From: Limnochordia bacterium
GTDB lineage: Bacteria; Bacillota; Limnochordia; DTU080
DNA length: 64,000 bases
Assembly (NCBI GenBank): GCA_050951545.1
Contig: JBMNJG010000011.1
Span: forward strand, 128,001 to 192,000
Reading direction: 5' to 3'
Shown here: piece by piece, positions 29,302-39,371 of the stretch
Numbering within the stretch: position 1 is the first letter of the stretch
How the letters are laid out: the number at the start of each line of letters is the position of its first letter
Notes under the pieces: model-generated
Seen by the model: the letters and a program-made list of their open reading frames with translations, nothing else
The model's database searches: none
Told to the model about the DNA's origin: nothing
Position numbers and translations under genes: made by a program

Positions 29302-29988
29302 TCACTTCTTCTTGGCTTGACCCGGAGGCACAGTTTTGCCGTACTTCCGTTTTGGTGGTACGGGTTGCTGTAGCTGCTCAATGCTGATCTTGTACTGGGC
29401 CGCTAGCTGTTTCCAGCTCTTACCCTTGAGCTTAGCGTCGACAACCACATGGGGTTTGGCTTTGGCTTGCGAGGCTAGATTAAGGCAGACAGCCACGTCA
29501 GCGACGCTTAACCCCCTTTTCACCCAGAGGATGATGGTGTCTGCTGGTGTGGCGTAGTAGGTCGACAGAAACTGAATACTGACCCCGGTCTCAAAGTCGT
29601 CATCGCGGTAGGAGAAGGGGTCCGCCCCGCCCTTCCATTTGTTGACTAAGCCCGGCGGCATCTTCCCCTTAGCTAGTGCACCCCAGCCGCGGCCCTTCTT
29701 TCGATCCAGGATGATCGCTTCCGGTGCAGTTTGGGATTCCCCGGCCAGACAAAGCACGGAGACTGCTGCTGCGGAGGAGCCTAGATCTGTTCGGTACTGA
29801 GCGCTGATTCTGGTGTCAAGTCCGAAGTATAGCGCAGCCGCCCCAATAAGCAGAGTCTCGGCCAGGTTGGTCTCCGGGGAAGTGACCGAGAAACTGAGTG
29901 AGATGGCAGCGCAAACTGGTATCCAACTCAGTGCTACAATTAGGAGAGTGCTCGACAACACGAGTAGCGATCGACTGTGTCCTTTCAT
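29302..29988 (-). CDS. Secreted hypothetical protein with PPG/PPGQAKK motifs
   Basis: Signal peptide; duplicated K.KG.(G/S)W..LA units; ends in PPGQAKKK. Confidence 0.65.
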   Translation of the reverse strand: MKGHSRSLLVLSSTLLIVALSWIPVCAAISLSFSVTSPETNLAETLLIGAAALYFGLDTRISAQYRTDLGSSAAAVSVLCLAGESQTAPEAIILDRKKGRGWGALAKGKMPPGLVNKWKGGADPFSYRDDDFETGVSIQFLSTYYATPADTIILWVKRGLSVADVAVCLNLASQAKAKPHVVVDAKLKGKSWKQLAAQYKISIEQLQQPVPPKRKYGKTVPPGQAKKK

Positions 29989-30344
29989 CTCCTTATGCTC
30001 CTTTCGCTTTGAGCGCGATACTCAGACACTACCTCATCATAATCCTAGTCATGCGCACCTGTACATACAGTGTCCGAGATCACAAGAGCTGTGTACCTAT
30101 ACCCTACAGGCTTGCTACAAAATGCAGCTACCTGAGCAGCCACCCAGTTCGTAGCGGCATAGACATCTGGTCATGAGTATTCAGATCATTGAGTACCCAG
30201 CCTCCACCTATTGGCCATCATACAAACTGGTTCGCTGTGACTATCGGTACATCCTGGCAATAAGAAGCATCTCTGAAGTAGACTGGCGCAGGAAATGAAA
30301 AGGACTTCCGGAAGATGTGAAAGGCATTCCTCTCAAAGGGGCCG

Positions 30345-31016
30345 ATGTCTATGAAGGTTCTTATGTTACGGCACTCGGCAGGATACGAGCACAGCTATCT
30401 GCCAGATGCTGAGGTAGCACTTAAGCAGTTAGGGAAACAGCACGGGTGGAAGGTCACAACGACGTGTCGTGTGGAGTCTATCACTGCAGATAGGTTGTCT
30501 AAACTCGACGTCTTGGTCTTTGCCACGGCAGGAGACCTTTCGTTTGGTACTGAGCAACGAGAAGCAGTGATCAGTTTCGTAGCTGGGGGCAAGGGTTTCT
30601 TTGGGATTCACAATGCTACCGCTGGCGGTTACCAATGGCCTGAGTACGGGGCGATGCTCGGCGGTTACTTTTCTGGTCACCCCTGGACTCAAGAGGTTAA
30701 CGTGCTGGTAGAGGAGACTGACCACCCTGCGACGCGCATGTTGGGCACAAGCTTTCGAGTTTACGATGAGATCTACACATTCCGCGATTGGGATCGCAGC
30801 AGAACACGGGTTCTGCTGCGTCTGGATAATGACTCAGTGGACCTTTCTAAAGGCACTCGGGCCGACCATGATTACGCGCTAGCCTGGTGTCACGATTATG
30901 GGCAAGGAAGAGTGATCTACACGGCGCTAGGGCATCCTGATGACCTCTGGCGTGAAGCCTGGTTCCTTGCCCATATCACTGGCTGTCTCAAGTGGGCGGG
31001 TCGGTTAGAAGACTAG
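30345..31016 (+). CDS. ThuA-like (class I GATase-like) domain protein
   Basis: GYEH, FVAGGKGFFGIH, GGYF.GHP, DEIY and GRV.YTALGH. Confidence 0.88.
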   Translation: MSMKVLMLRHSAGYEHSYLPDAEVALKQLGKQHGWKVTTTCRVESITADRLSKLDVLVFATAGDLSFGTEQREAVISFVAGGKGFFGIHNATAGGYQWPEYGAMLGGYFSGHPWTQEVNVLVEETDHPATRMLGTSFRVYDEIYTFRDWDRSRTRVLLRLDNDSVDLSKGTRADHDYALAWCHDYGQGRVIYTALGHPDDLWREAWFLAHITGCLKWAGRLED

Positions 31017-31726
31017 TCTAGTAGCAGGTATTCGATCGTGGTCACCACCCGAACTCGCTTGACATCGGGGGTGTAGCTATCCAAGTCTTCAACAGAAAAG
31101 TACCCTTGCTGGGCTGAGCGGATTTTGCCAACCCTACTGCCGGAGTCTTTGGCAAACTGTACGGCTGCAGCTCGAGCGTTCTGGGTCGCTTTGGCGATCA
31201 TGTCGGGCTTGATCTCGTTGAGGCGAGTAAAGATAAACTGCGGGCGATGCTCGTAGCTGTGCGACAGCAAGACGCCCTCTTTGACGAGTTCGTCAGTCTT
31301 GGGCATGACAGCTTTCACCTGGTCAATAAGTGAGGTGCGTAACAGAACGACGGCTTCGGCTCGGTAGCGTTCTTTGGGCTTGCTTTCTCCACCGTAAGCC
31401 CAAAGATCGCTGACCTTTGGGGTAGCGCTGCTGATGTCCTTCTCGTCAAAGCCATGGCGTACCAAGAAGGCCCGAATCTTACCCTCCGATCGGCTCATCA
31501 GCGCATGCAGGCTGTCTAGGCTGTTGGCACTGACGCTGTAACTCAGCGGCCAGAGTACCAGGTCGACCTTCACGTCGCGTTCAGCAAGGCCTTTTACGCT
31601 GACCACACGATCCGCTCGCTTCCAGACCGCCACTGCCTGCTTCATCTGTATGCCGCCTAAGAGAATGCCTACTGCAAGCAGGACACCAAGCACCGCCGCG
31701 GATTTCATGTGACCTTCCCATTTCAT
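31013..31726 (-). CDS. SIMPL (DUF541) domain protein
   Basis: R.VSVKGLAERDV, LNEIKPDMI..AT.NAR.AA.QFAKDSG and K.VRVVTT. Confidence 0.88.
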   Translation of the reverse strand: MKWEGHMKSAAVLGVLLAVGILLGGIQMKQAVAVWKRADRVVSVKGLAERDVKVDLVLWPLSYSVSANSLDSLHALMSRSEGKIRAFLVRHGFDEKDISSATPKVSDLWAYGGESKPKERYRAEAVVLLRTSLIDQVKAVMPKTDELVKEGVLLSHSYEHRPQFIFTRLNEIKPDMIAKATQNARAAAVQFAKDSGSRVGKIRSAQQGYFSVEDLDSYTPDVKRVRVVTTIEYLLLD

Positions 31727-32045
31727 AGCCCACGCCTCCAGCCATTTGATGTTGCCTTCCTTCGTGCAGCAGAGCGAGTCTCCTCTTGTGGGTTGTCGGG
31801 AGAAGTGGCAGGAGAAGGAACGATAGGCGCTGTACTACCAGGTGCAGAGCGTGTGTCGCGGAGAGAGCGTCGAATACGTTGGCGACAACATCCTGACGGT
31901 CAACGTCACTCGTGCCCGTTGCCGTACTATATCGTTGGCCTTGCGCCGTAAGTCGCTGAGTGAGCAGGAATGATCCGCCTTGCGCGGTACTCTTGGCTAG
32001 AGCGAGTGTTCCAAAGGGCACAACAAGCGGAGGAGTGGAGTCAGA

Positions 32046-34241
32046 ATGGTTTCGAAGCCTGTTCTGGCGTGGTGGCAGCGGCCCGTACGGATGATGCGGC
32101 TAGACTACGGTCCAGATCTGCAGCGTATGAAGGAAGCGGATCTGGCCGCACTGGCGCACAGCAAGAAACATGAATGGCATATCAACTGCGAATGGGTCAT
32201 TGCGACGCCGGGTATCGCGCCCGGATTGGGTCACCTTGTGACGTTTGAAACACCACATTTTGAGCACTACCCTGGCCTGGACGGCTGGGATCTGATCCGC
32301 AGTTACCTGCCGCATGCCAAACGCGAAGGCATTCATGTCCTCGCCTACACGAACATGCACTGGTTCTCGCATGACTTCGGCCGTGCGCATCGTGACTGGG
32401 AGCAGCTCATGGCTGATGGGCGTCCCTATGGAGAGGTGCATCCACTCTATGGCTCAGGCACAACCTTCTGCGTGAACAGTGGTTGGCGCGACTGGGCCTT
32501 TGCGCTTATTGAAGAGATAGCCAAGACAGGGCTTGACGGCATCTTCTTGGATGGGCCCGTGATCTATCCGCGGTGCTGCTACTGCCAGAGATGCCGCGCG
32601 CTGTTCCAGGAGCGCTATGGTGAGGAGCCACCTACGGTCGAAGACTGGAGCTCAGAGCTGTGGAAGACGTTCATCGATTTCCGCGAGGACTCTATGGCCG
32701 ATTTCCTGCGTGATGCGCGAGAGCACTTGCGGAGCATCAACCCTGATGGTGTCATTTTCCTCAACGCAGGAAGCTGGCACAGCGGCAGTTGGCGTGTGGC
32801 CAGGAACATCGAAAGGCTGGGTGAGTTCCAGGAGTTCAATGGAGCAGAGCTCTTCTTTCACCCGGGGCCTGGGGCCAACGCACCGATTCCATGGGCGATC
32901 ACGGCCAAGCACCTGATGGCAGGCGGTAAGCCAGCCGTGGTTTTCAGCCACCATACGTTGGGTCCGTGGCATTACATTCCCTTGCCGCCGCTCGAGGCTA
33001 AGATGGCAGTGGCCGAAACGGTGGCCTGTGGTGCGAATCCATGGTTTGCTGTCTTCGACTACGCCCTCGACCACAGTCGGGCAGAGGCTGTGGCACCCAT
33101 GAACGAGATCATGGGATTCCTCTCTGACAACGAACCGTACTATACGGCTACGGAGTCCGCTGCCGAAGTGGCCGTTTTCTACTCCAGGCAGTCTGCCACC
33201 TTCTACGCTTCGAATGTTGAGGATCTGTACCAAGATCGGGGCACAGGCCGTGAACAGCATCTGGTGGCTGATGTAGGTACTGGGCGCACGGTCGTGGACT
33301 GGAAGCAACGCAAGCAAATGTCTGATGCCCTCTATGGCAACGAGTTCGCTGGCTGGTGCGTTGCACTAAGTCGCCAGCATATCCCGTTTGATGTGTTGTT
33401 GGATAGTATCTTCACAGCAGAGGTGCTCAGTCGCTACCAGGTGGTGGTGCTTCCGAATGCCGCTTGCCTGAGCGCTGCCCAAATCGAGGCTGTAGAGGCC
33501 TATGTAGCGTCAGGCGGACGCCTGGTCGCCACGTTTGAGACTGGCCGCTACGATGAGCGGGGTGTAGCGCGTCCGGGGGGGAGCCTTGACCATCTGTTGG
33601 GCATTGAGCCCGTACAGGGAGCCTTCGCACCTTCCGTGTCAGAGGAGTATGTGCAGGTGGTTTCGGCTGCCGACACGGCGCCCTACTCACCGGGACGGTT
33701 GCTGCCGCGTCCGCTCTATGCATTGCAGGTCAGGGCAGAGGATGGCCGGGAGATTCCCGTGCGTTTCCTGGAGCCTACTGGCAAGACCTACGCAGCCATC
33801 AAGGAGCTCTCTCCCTTTGCTGCTGAGGTGCGGGGTGAGACAGCGCACGGGCGCGTAGTCTTCTTTCCCCACGCACTCGGGGACAATTACTACCGTTACC
33901 GAATAGCGGAGCATGAGCAATGGATGGCGGCCGCCGTGCGATGGGCCTTTGAGAAGCAGCCGTTAGTTGAAGTAGCAGGCCCACCCACGTTGCAGACCGA
34001 AGTGCGTAGGCAGGATGGACGCTTGCTTGTCCATCTTGTCAATCACACGGGAGACACGCAGCGACCCATGACCTTCTTGGTTCCTGTCACAGGTGTCTCT
34101 GTGGTGGTGAGAGGGGAGAAGGCCCGCCGGGCTCATCTACTAAGGAGTGGGGTCGACATTCAAGCCAGCCCCGCTGGATCAGGTGCTTGGAGCTACGAGA
34201 TACCTTCTGTGGCTGAGTACGATGTGTTGGTACTGGAGTAG
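32046..34241 (+). CDS. Putative glycoside hydrolase (GHL6/GH42-like) with beta-galactosidase trimerisation domain
   Basis: DGIFLDG, CYC..C...F, IPFDV and VVVLPNAACLS...AYV..GG.LVAT motifs. Confidence 0.75.
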   Translation: MVSKPVLAWWQRPVRMMRLDYGPDLQRMKEADLAALAHSKKHEWHINCEWVIATPGIAPGLGHLVTFETPHFEHYPGLDGWDLIRSYLPHAKREGIHVLAYTNMHWFSHDFGRAHRDWEQLMADGRPYGEVHPLYGSGTTFCVNSGWRDWAFALIEEIAKTGLDGIFLDGPVIYPRCCYCQRCRALFQERYGEEPPTVEDWSSELWKTFIDFREDSMADFLRDAREHLRSINPDGVIFLNAGSWHSGSWRVARNIERLGEFQEFNGAELFFHPGPGANAPIPWAITAKHLMAGGKPAVVFSHHTLGPWHYIPLPPLEAKMAVAETVACGANPWFAVFDYALDHSRAEAVAPMNEIMGFLSDNEPYYTATESAAEVAVFYSRQSATFYASNVEDLYQDRGTGREQHLVADVGTGRTVVDWKQRKQMSDALYGNEFAGWCVALSRQHIPFDVLLDSIFTAEVLSRYQVVVLPNAACLSAAQIEAVEAYVASGGRLVATFETGRYDERGVARPGGSLDHLLGIEPVQGAFAPSVSEEYVQVVSAADTAPYSPGRLLPRPLYALQVRAEDGREIPVRFLEPTGKTYAAIKELSPFAAEVRGETAHGRVVFFPHALGDNYYRYRIAEHEQWMAAAVRWAFEKQPLVEVAGPPTLQTEVRRQDGRLLVHLVNHTGDTQRPMTFLVPVTGVSVVVRGEKARRAHLLRSGVDIQASPAGSGAWSYEIPSVAEYDVLVLE

Positions 34242-34340
34242 GCGTGTCGGAGGCCAACGATGCGCAGGAGTAGAGGCAGCTGCGGCAGGTGTTCGCCGTA
34301 GTGCATGTTGTAGGCACTGCGTCAAGGAGGGTGTGCCACT

Positions 34341-36221
34341 GTGCTAACCACTGTGTTGATGTTGGCGTTGGCGCTGTGTGCTGCTGGGGCACCTCAGATG
34401 GTGGACGCCTCAGTAGCGGTGGTGGTTGATCTGGACAGTGAGGGTTCTCTGGTTACGGCAAGCGATTACGCAGGCTATGGGGCCTTACAGATGATGACGC
34501 AACTGGGCGTACCCTTTTCTGTGGAGCCCACGAGCAGTCTTGCTTCTGAGGCCTACCTGGCGCCCTACGACATCGTGCTTTTCCCAGGGCATGACCTGCC
34601 CATACTAGCTCATCATGCGGTCACTGCTTTTGTGGCCGACGGAGGCGTCTTCATCTGTGGGGGTGGCAACGGATCTCCGCCTGAAGCGGGGGTGCAGGTT
34701 TCCACTAGCAGCTCGATGCGGGTTCCCGAGGTTGCTGGGCGTTTCGTGCATCAAGGCGAACATGCTATCGTGAAGGGGATACGCGAGACAGGATTGCCCG
34801 TTCTGATACCACCAGGTACACAGGGGTATGCAGTGATCAACGCCACCGACGATGCGCTTGGTCTTGGTTCAGTCGAGATGGGTGCACAAATCGGCGAGGC
34901 GATCGTTTTGCGTCGGCATGGTCAGGGGTGGTTTGTCACCTTCGGGATGAACCCGTTTGCCACTGCAGGCTATGGAATGGGCATGGCTACCGATCCCGAT
35001 GAGCAGCACTATGCGTTCCCCACTGCACCGAAAGAGTTCCACAAGGCCTTTAACTGGGAGACGGCACGTTCCATCAAGGCGGCTTTCGTGACGGAGAAGA
35101 TGCCCAACCTCATTTGGGGTGATGAGTATGGCAACCTCCTTCTGCGGACTCTGCTCTGGTGCTATGAACAGCGATCGCTACCCGTGGCGTGGTCGTGGTA
35201 CTGGCCGTACCTCAAAGACTACGCGGCTTCTATCCAGCACGACTGGGACGGTGGCAAGCTCGCCGACGCCGTCGAATTTCGGGAGTGGGAACAGGCGCGA
35301 GGCGTGCGCTCTGCTCTCTATGTGCTGTTACCAGATCGGCCCTCGCCAGCAGAGATCAACCGCTGGTGGCAGGGCGGTTGGGAGATCGCTTTGCATACAG
35401 ATAAGGACCCTGCAGAAAGGGACTTTGAGAGCAAGATGACAGCGGATATAGAGACGCTGGTCCGCACCACACAGGTGCCCAGAGAAGACATCAAAGGTGT
35501 GGCTCATCATTACCTGCGTTTCTACAAAGATGCCGCCCTGTGGTGGAACCGCTTGGGATTCGAGTATGATAGCAGCTGGTATGACATGGACTGGAAGCAG
35601 ATCTTTTTCACAGGCACATCTCGCCCCTTCTTCGTGAAGTACGGTCGGCAGATACTGCCTGTGCTTGAGCTACCTAGTCGGAATGAAGATGGCGTCATGA
35701 TGGCCAATAATCGTGCGTACTACCTAGGCACGAGCGACCTGCCCACAGCCAAGCAGCGGTTTGCGGCATACGTCGACGCTGTGGCTCGTGTGCATGGGCA
35801 CGCATCATGGAATGGGCACCCCTCACACCGCCATGACGCTCTGCATGGCATAGAGATGATTGACTTTTACGTGAGCTACACCAAGGATCGCAGTGGCCCT
35901 GGTATCCCAGAAGCTTGGTTTGCTCGGCCGATTGATGTAGCCCGTTGGTATAGAGGTCGCTCTGGGCTACGCATCACCTCGGATTGGGACGGTCAGGTCT
36001 TGACGCTCAACCTATCTGCTGGCGATGTCACAAATCCCTTGCCCCTGCAGGGATACTCTCTGTTGGTCAGTGCGGCGGCTGGTGATCACCACGTCGCCCA
36101 GGCAACTGTGGATGGTCAGCCAGTGCAGACGGTGTCAGTCTTTCAGTACGATGGGTGCTACGAGGCGATTGTCTTCGACGTGACAGGGGAGCATCAGATC
36201 CAGGTGACATATCGACCTTAG
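34341..36221 (+). CDS. Secreted protein with GATase-like N-domain and polysaccharide deacetylase (NodB-like) domain
   Basis: Signal peptide; HDWD, GWEIALH, HYLR, GFEYDSS and GHP motifs. Confidence 0.65.
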   Translation: MLTTVLMLALALCAAGAPQMVDASVAVVVDLDSEGSLVTASDYAGYGALQMMTQLGVPFSVEPTSSLASEAYLAPYDIVLFPGHDLPILAHHAVTAFVADGGVFICGGGNGSPPEAGVQVSTSSSMRVPEVAGRFVHQGEHAIVKGIRETGLPVLIPPGTQGYAVINATDDALGLGSVEMGAQIGEAIVLRRHGQGWFVTFGMNPFATAGYGMGMATDPDEQHYAFPTAPKEFHKAFNWETARSIKAAFVTEKMPNLIWGDEYGNLLLRTLLWCYEQRSLPVAWSWYWPYLKDYAASIQHDWDGGKLADAVEFREWEQARGVRSALYVLLPDRPSPAEINRWWQGGWEIALHTDKDPAERDFESKMTADIETLVRTTQVPREDIKGVAHHYLRFYKDAALWWNRLGFEYDSSWYDMDWKQIFFTGTSRPFFVKYGRQILPVLELPSRNEDGVMMANNRAYYLGTSDLPTAKQRFAAYVDAVARVHGHASWNGHPSHRHDALHGIEMIDFYVSYTKDRSGPGIPEAWFARPIDVARWYRGRSGLRITSDWDGQVLTLNLSAGDVTNPLPLQGYSLLVSAAAGDHHVAQATVDGQPVQTVSVFQYDGCYEAIVFDVTGEHQIQVTYRP

Positions 36222-36301
36222 GCAGCAGGTATTTCACGACGAAAGAGATAAGACAGAGACGTACTGCTTCGCATATTCCCGATCGGGAGGCCTCTTGTTT
36301 G

Positions 36302-38092
36302 ATGATTCGTTTGCTTAGGGAAGCACTGGAGGACAGTCGGCTCGTGCAGTCTTTCTCGGGTGTGCGCACCGTCTTTGGCCTGGGGCCAGACATCTCACCC
36401 GAGTTGACGGCGCTAAGCGGAGCCTATGCTTACTGTTACGCTGCGCATCTTCCTCATAACGGGGAGATCACCCTGTTGCTGGGCCGCGATCCCCGTCCGA
36501 CAGGAGAGAGCGTGGCTCGAGCGCTGAGCTGTGGATTTGTGGCAGGTGCCAGGAAGGCAGGCTATCGGCTTACGTTGATTGATCTGGGTATCATCACCAC
36601 GCCTCTCGCCGAGACAGCTGTGCGAGCACTCGCTGTTGACGGAGGGGTGATCATCACGGCTAGCCACAATCCGATCGCTGATAACGGTTTCAAGTTTCTC
36701 ACGGGCTGTGGTCCCTCAATCAATGGCTCCGCGCCACCTGGGGCGCTGCTATCTGCCTCTGGCATGAGTCGTGTGATCGACGCTGTGCGCGAGTTAGCCC
36801 GTGGGGATGGCCAGCTGTGGCAAGAGCACATGGAACAGGCGAGCGTCCAGGCTGTCGAAGCTAGTCTCAAGGTCGTCAACAATGAGACCGCGCGGGTCAA
36901 GGTGGAACGAGCCTATCTAGACATGATGGGTGCAGATTGGGGTCTGGCCCCTCACTGCCTCAAACCGCTGACCCTCGGACCAGTGCTGGTGGACCCCAAC
37001 GGCGGGGCTGGCTGTGGTATCGGCGCCCGCGTCCTCGAGCACTTCGGGGTGCGGGCAATTGAAGTTAACGCTGAAGTTGGGTACCCTGAGCATGGTATCG
37101 ATACGGACGGCATCGATCCAGCAAGTGGACGTCACATGCTGTTGCGGGTCAGTCGGGCGGCGGCTCGGCAGGGCTGCCATTTCGGTGTGGCGTTTGATTA
37201 CGATGCGGATCGGGGCAATCTGGTGCTACCAGGATACGACGAAGGTGCCATCATAGAACCGCAACGCGTCGCGGCCTTCAATGTGGCTCTCGTGTTGTCT
37301 CGACGCAGTCTCGAGAAGAAGCAGGGCTGTGCAAGGGGCCCGTTGGCGATTGTCGCCTCCGACGCTACATCGCTGGCCACGCATCGGGTGGCTAGAGCCT
37401 TTGGGGCTGAGGTCTTTGTGGTCGAGACTGGTGAGATCAACGTCGTGTCCAAGATGTATGCGCTGCGCGAAGCGGGCTACGATGTCCCAGTGGGTGTAGA
37501 GGGAGCCAATGGTGGTACCATCTTCGAAAGTGCCACGTGTCGCGATGGACTCCAGGTTGCCTTATCTGCGGCGCAAGCAGAGTCTGTACCTGACATCGTG
37601 ACTGAATGGCTAACGGCTCGCAGGCATATCGCAGACGACACGCCCTCCGTACCCACCCAGCCTGGTTCGGTGTTACCTGCTCTTCTGGCTTCGATCCCGG
37701 TAAACCACAACGTGGCCCTCAAGCTCACGGCGCCTGCGTTGCCGCAAGGGGAGTTCAAACGAGGTCTAGAAGCATGCTTCGTGAAGATGGCCTGGCCTGT
37801 TCTGGAGTCACACTTCGATAGCTATGAATTTCAGAATTTCGAGGGTTTGCACATGGTACCAGAGCGCACCGGTGATGAGAGCGGTGCTTGGCGGGTCTAC
37901 CTACAGGCAGTAGACAGAGACGCTTTCGTATTCGTGCGTGGATCGCGCACAGAGGCCGGTGTCTGGCGCATGATCATTGATGCCGAAGATGCGGGTGATT
38001 TCGCTGCCTTGGAGCCAGCTGCTCGCGCGATGTTTGCGGCTGCAGGTGCGATAGGTCAAGCTGATGCTGGTGTGGGGAAGTCGGTCAGCTGA
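36302..38092 (+). CDS. Alpha-D-phosphohexomutase (phosphomannomutase/phosphoglucosamine mutase family), divergent
   Basis: SGVR, GRDPR.TG, ITASHNP, DYDADR, GVEGANGG and RGSRTE. Confidence 0.85.
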   Translation: MIRLLREALEDSRLVQSFSGVRTVFGLGPDISPELTALSGAYAYCYAAHLPHNGEITLLLGRDPRPTGESVARALSCGFVAGARKAGYRLTLIDLGIITTPLAETAVRALAVDGGVIITASHNPIADNGFKFLTGCGPSINGSAPPGALLSASGMSRVIDAVRELARGDGQLWQEHMEQASVQAVEASLKVVNNETARVKVERAYLDMMGADWGLAPHCLKPLTLGPVLVDPNGGAGCGIGARVLEHFGVRAIEVNAEVGYPEHGIDTDGIDPASGRHMLLRVSRAAARQGCHFGVAFDYDADRGNLVLPGYDEGAIIEPQRVAAFNVALVLSRRSLEKKQGCARGPLAIVASDATSLATHRVARAFGAEVFVVETGEINVVSKMYALREAGYDVPVGVEGANGGTIFESATCRDGLQVALSAAQAESVPDIVTEWLTARRHIADDTPSVPTQPGSVLPALLASIPVNHNVALKLTAPALPQGEFKRGLEACFVKMAWPVLESHFDSYEFQNFEGLHMVPERTGDESGAWRVYLQAVDRDAFVFVRGSRTEAGVWRMIIDAEDAGDFAALEPAARAMFAAAGAIGQADAGVGKSVS

Positions 38093-38137
38093 GTTAGGAC
38101 TAAGGGCACTTACCTCTGATGGAGCATGAGGATTTTC

Positions 38138-38216
38138 TAGGGAGCCGCCCGCGCATGGGCGCCCGACCCTACGGGCGGCGGCCCGCCACGAGTTGTGAGA
38201 ATGAGGGGCGCCCATG
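38138..38216. repeat. GC-rich structured intergenic element (REP-like, pseudoknot-capable)
   Basis: Stems 38144-38151/38172-38179 and 38154-38164/38206-38216; a related copy lies at 25736-25763. Confidence 0.45.
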
Positions 38217-38261
38217 TCGATGCCGCAGCGTAGAAGGATTTCCGAAGGAGGTTTTTGTGAG

Positions 38262-39302
38262 ATGTCCGAGATGCGCAAGGCAAGGTTAGCTTTCATCGGA
38301 TGTGGTGGGTTCGCGACTGCTTCCATATTTCCCAATCTTCATCGGATTCCAGAGATCGATCTGGCTGCTGTATGTGACATTGATCGCAGCAAGGCGGAAC
38401 GCAATGCACGGAATTTTGGGGCGCGCAGTGTGTACACGGATTTGGAGGAGATGCTCGACAAAGAGAAGCTGGACGGCGTCTTCGTCATCGGTCCGGCTCC
38501 GCAGCAGTACCGGTTAGCCCCACATGTGATACGGCGCGGCATTCCTGTCTACGTAGAGAAACCCTCAGCCAACACGGCAGCAGAGGCCAAGGAACTAGCT
38601 GAGTTGGCCGATGCTCATGGGGTCTGGGGCCAGGTCGGCTTCATGAAACGTTTTGCTGGCGTCTACACGATGGCCAAGGAGATCGTCAGCAGAGAGACGT
38701 TTGGTCCTTTGCATATGGTGAAGGCGAAGTTCGCCCAAGGGCCGTACCCGCAGATCTGGGGCATGGACTCTCCTCACCGATCAATGCTCGTGGGCCAACT
38801 GTGCCATGTTTTCGACCTGATCCGGTTTTTTGGCGGTGACGTAAAGACCGTCCAGGCTCTATTCCATGGGGTGACACCAACGCAGTTTGCCTACTTGGTC
38901 AACATGAGATTCGAGTCTGGAGCTGTGGGGCAGCTCGATCTGAACGGCCTGGAGTGCCAGCAGGGATTCCGTGACATCATAGAAATCCTTCAGTTGGTGG
39001 GGCTGGGTACCCATGTCATGTGTGAAGACATGCTCTACTTGAAGTGGCAGGATCGCGAGGATTTTGCTCAAGCGATTCCATATACGGGACGATATGTGCA
39101 TACGTTTAGACCTACTGCAAGCACTGCCGGAGCTGGCCGAAGAATGCTCGGGTATGAACTGGAAGTCGCACATTTTGCGCGCCGCTGCCTCGGATTGGTT
39201 GAGGGTGGTCCTGACCTCTGGGATAGCTACAGATCACTTCAGATCGGTGAAGCGATATATGCCAGTGCACATGAGAACCGCATTGTGGAGATCGAGCAGT
39301 AG
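38262..39302 (+). CDS. Gfo/Idh/MocA family oxidoreductase
   Basis: FIGCGGFA, VYVEKP and VGFMKRF; AAGGAGG RBS. Confidence 0.9.
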   Translation: MSEMRKARLAFIGCGGFATASIFPNLHRIPEIDLAAVCDIDRSKAERNARNFGARSVYTDLEEMLDKEKLDGVFVIGPAPQQYRLAPHVIRRGIPVYVEKPSANTAAEAKELAELADAHGVWGQVGFMKRFAGVYTMAKEIVSRETFGPLHMVKAKFAQGPYPQIWGMDSPHRSMLVGQLCHVFDLIRFFGGDVKTVQALFHGVTPTQFAYLVNMRFESGAVGQLDLNGLECQQGFRDIIEILQLVGLGTHVMCEDMLYLKWQDREDFAQAIPYTGRYVHTFRPTASTAGAGRRMLGYELEVAHFARRCLGLVEGGPDLWDSYRSLQIGEAIYASAHENRIVEIEQ

Positions 39303-39371
39303 GGGATGGCAGGAGCTGTTCTTTGCAGAGACCTAACGCTAGAGGCCCAATGGAAGTAGACGAAGGAGGCG

